From Myxococcota bacterium (GTDB taxonomy: Bacteria > Myxococcota_A > SURF-8 > G963663525), in NCBI GenBank assembly GCA_963676915.2, contig CAXXVK010000060.1:207028-271027 (forward strand): a DNA stretch of 64,000 nt. Direction: 5' to 3'. A program made the translations under genes and the position numbers. The number at the start of each line of letters is the position of its first letter. Position 1 is the first letter of the stretch. Positions 61,383-64,000 of this stretch are shown in pieces. The notes under the pieces are model-generated. The model saw nothing but the letters and a program-made list of their open reading frames with translations, had not been told where the DNA came from and searched no databases.

Positions 61383-62780
61383 ATGAAACGGATCGTCAGC
61401 CTGTTCTTGCTGTTGTTTTTAGGATCGGTCGCGGTACCGGCCCATGCCGAGCGTTTCACGCTGGAATCCAGTCTGGAACGCGCTCTCGAACACAACCGGA
61501 TGCTCAAGGCCGCCGGTCATGAATCCGAGGCTCGGCAGTACGAAAAGAAGAGTATTTTCGGTAGGTTCTTCCCCGTTTTGCGGGTGGAAGTCAACGCGAT
61601 GCTCTGGGATTCGGACAATACCTATACTTTTGATCTGACGGAATATGAGCAGCTTTTTGCGAACATGGCCGGTGGAGGACCGTTCTCTTTGCCGCCGATG
61701 TCGGTGGATGTCCGCGACGACATCACGGTCAAAACCCAGATCATGGTGATCCAACCTCTGGCGCAGCTTTACCAGGTCTACCATGGTCATTCGGCGAGAA
61801 GTGCTATGGCGGAAGCCGGACGCATGGATGTCTCCAACGAGCGACGCAAGCTCGAACTGGAAGTGACACAGACCTTTTTCGCCTATCTCGGTGCTTTGCA
61901 GATGACCGAGTCGGTCGAACAGGCAATGGTGCAGGTCGGCGTCTTCGAAAAACAGACGCAGGACTATCTCGACGCCGGATTGGTCGAGCGCGAAGCCCTG
62001 TTGAAAGTGCAAGTGCAGCGAGAGGAATTGCTCAAAGCCCGCGCTCAGGCGCATAAGGGCGTCAAACTTTCTCGGGCGATGCTCAACATGTACATGGGAC
62101 GGTCGTTGCAGGAGCCGATCGAGGCGGTTTATCTGAAAAAAGGCAATCCAGAAGCCTCCATCGCCGACACGCTCGATGCACAGCAGGATGTTGCTTTGAC
62201 GCAGCGCCCGGACCTGCTTTCCGCTCGTCTCCAGAAAACCGCCGCCAAAGGCGCACACAAGGCCGCTATCGGCAAAATGCTTCCCGAATTGAATCTGGTG
62301 GGGGCGTACATCAACAACCAGGGTATGGGCGACATGATGCTGGAAAACGAGTTTTTCGGCGGGCTGATGCTCAACTGGAACATCTGGGAGTGGGGCGCAA
62401 CCTATTACGAGATGAAAAGCGCCGAAGCCCGTTTCAACAAGGCGGCCGAGATGATCCGCGCCGCCGAGGACGGCATTCGCCTGGAAGTCGAGCAGAAACG
62501 TCTTGAGTTGGAAGAGGCGATTCAGTCCTACAAAGCCGCCGAGGCCAAGTTGGAACTCGCACGGGAATCGCTGCGTCTCGAACAGAACCGATACGAGGCA
62601 CAGCAGGCCAGCGCGGCGGATCTCGTCGCGGCTCAAACCGGCGAGCTTCGCGCCTCGAACGACCGGATCGTCGCCCAGATGCAAGTGGAAGTCGCACGAC
62701 GGGCGTTGAGTCTCGTACAAGGCGATGATTTGCTTTCGGAAAAAGAAACAAACGAAGACACCCAATCTTTTCAACGATAA
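61383..62780 (+). CDS. TolC-family outer membrane efflux protein
   Basis: GGAGG RBS, signal peptide AHA, ALEHN, RPDL, LPEL, two OEP repeats. Confidence 0.92.
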   Translation: MKRIVSLFLLLFLGSVAVPAHAERFTLESSLERALEHNRMLKAAGHESEARQYEKKSIFGRFFPVLRVEVNAMLWDSDNTYTFDLTEYEQLFANMAGGGPFSLPPMSVDVRDDITVKTQIMVIQPLAQLYQVYHGHSARSAMAEAGRMDVSNERRKLELEVTQTFFAYLGALQMTESVEQAMVQVGVFEKQTQDYLDAGLVEREALLKVQVQREELLKARAQAHKGVKLSRAMLNMYMGRSLQEPIEAVYLKKGNPEASIADTLDAQQDVALTQRPDLLSARLQKTAAKGAHKAAIGKMLPELNLVGAYINNQGMGDMMLENEFFGGLMLNWNIWEWGATYYEMKSAEARFNKAAEMIRAAEDGIRLEVEQKRLELEEAIQSYKAAEAKLELARESLRLEQNRYEAQQASAADLVAAQTGELRASNDRIVAQMQVEVARRALSLVQGDDLLSEKETNEDTQSFQR

Positions 62781-62795
62781 CCAAGGAGAAGACCC

Positions 62796-63905
62796 ATGCG
62801 ACCCAGTAACAAATTTTCGAAAATGACAGGATGGTTTGCAGCCGGAGTTCTGGCTGTGGCAATGTTCGGCTGCACGGATCATGCGCCGAAAAAAGCTTTG
62901 TCGAAACCGTTGCCGACCGCCGAAGTGCAGACGGAAACCGTCGAATCTCGACGGGATGCCGGAAGTTTTCAGGCGGTGGGACGCATCAAGAGCGTCAAGG
63001 AATCGATGCTTGCCGGGAAAGTGATGGGCAAAGTCCAACGCATTCACGTCACGGCGGGCGAAAAAGTGAAAAACGGGCAATTGTTGATCACGATCGACAA
63101 CAGCGACGCCACAAGCCGCGTAACCCAGGCCAAAGGCGCTTTGGCCCAGGCCGAGGCGGCGAAAACCATCGCACGGCAGATGCTCGACCGCTTCGAAACC
63201 TTGAAAGAAAAAGATTCCGCCAGCCAGGCCAAATACGACAAAGCGATGTTCGACTATAGCAGTGCTTTGGGCGCGGTGGAACAGGCGCGGGGCGCACTCA
63301 GCACGGCTCGGGCCTACCTCAAGGAAACCCGCGTTGTGGCTCCTTTTGCCGGTCAAGTCATTGATACATTGATCGAAGAAGGCGAAATGGCTGCGCCGGG
63401 CGTTCCGTTGTTGCGTATCGAAGGCGATGGCGAACTGGAATTCGAAGCCACGGTTACAGCTCAGGATATCTCCGCCCTTCGGGTGGGTCAGTCGGTGACG
63501 GTCGAGTTGGAAGTCGGACGCGGAGAAAAGCGGGAAATCCCCGGAACTATTTACGAAATCGTTCCAGCCATGGATCGCGTAACCCATTCGAACACGGTGC
63601 GCGTACGTGTCAAGGAAACCGATGGTCTGCGTTCGGGTATGTTCGGTCGTGCGACGTTCGCCCGCGTGGCGGGAAGTTGTCCGGGTGTGGTGATCGACGA
63701 AGATCGCCTCGTCCGCATGGGTCAGCTTTCGGCGGTGTTCGTGGTGGATACCGACGACCGCATCCGTCTGCGTCTCGTGCGGGAAGGGCGGATTTCGAAC
63801 GGCAAGGTAGAGATCGTCTCCGGTCTTTCCGACGGTGATCGGCTGGTGGTTTCGGCTATCGATACCCTCAAGGACGGACAGCCCGCAAAGGTGGTGCAAC
63901 AATGA
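62796..63905 (+). CDS. RND efflux periplasmic adaptor (MFP) subunit
   Basis: FGC lipobox, GEKVKNGQLL, VVAPFAGQV, LRSGMF, SGLSDGDRLV. Confidence 0.93.
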   Translation: MRPSNKFSKMTGWFAAGVLAVAMFGCTDHAPKKALSKPLPTAEVQTETVESRRDAGSFQAVGRIKSVKESMLAGKVMGKVQRIHVTAGEKVKNGQLLITIDNSDATSRVTQAKGALAQAEAAKTIARQMLDRFETLKEKDSASQAKYDKAMFDYSSALGAVEQARGALSTARAYLKETRVVAPFAGQVIDTLIEEGEMAAPGVPLLRIEGDGELEFEATVTAQDISALRVGQSVTVELEVGRGEKREIPGTIYEIVPAMDRVTHSNTVRVRVKETDGLRSGMFGRATFARVAGSCPGVVIDEDRLVRMGQLSAVFVVDTDDRIRLRLVREGRISNGKVEIVSGLSDGDRLVVSAIDTLKDGQPAKVVQQ

Positions 63906-64000
63906 ACACCTCAAACGAATCCGCGCAAAAACGGCGCTTTGAAAGAAAAAAGCTGGGGATTTCGGGACGCATCGCCGATGCGTTTCAGGACAGCAAGCTT
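63902..64000 (+). CDS. RND efflux permease (AcrB-like), partial
   Basis: ATGA overlap with the MFP gene; MNTSNESAQKRRFERKKLGISGRIADAFQDSKL. Confidence 0.75.
   Translation, partial: MNTSNESAQKRRFERKKLGISGRIADAFQDSKL

Overview
A gene-dense bacterial window of roughly 55% GC by eye. Gene content (IgGFc-binding surface protein, thioester alpha-2-macroglobulin, KOR, CXXC mini-protein) suggests a deltaproteobacterial (Myxococcota/Desulfobacterota-like) genome. From left to right: a chemotaxis cluster (MCP-like protein, STAS, cheY, cheA, four tandem MCPs); a double-MerR, lipase, dipeptidase, acyltransferase run; a GT2 plus flavin oxidoreductase; uridine kinase; a response regulator/sensor kinase pair; an orphan btaA-like gene; a lipoprotein alpha-2-macroglobulin; clpP-clpX-lon; a Pil-Chp-like chemosensory cluster; 2-oxoacid:ferredoxin oxidoreductase; an IgGFc-BP, GtrA, Ppm1-like operon; a DtxR-like regulator with an M23 peptidase; rpsA; and an RND efflux operon. 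I saw no rRNA, tRNA, CRISPR array, prophage or transposase. The most notable unannotated structure is three interleaved families of short non-coding elements: ~180 bp TA-ended palindromic MITEs, TATAGC-ended shells with interchangeable REP-like cargo (two of which bracket btaA), and free REP doublets. Also notable are about seven single-base frameshifts confined to signal-transduction genes, a Lon lacking its conserved QxEYYL helix, and an A2M with a GspG-like insert behind a sigma54-type promoter. All product calls come from motif recognition by eye, not database searches.
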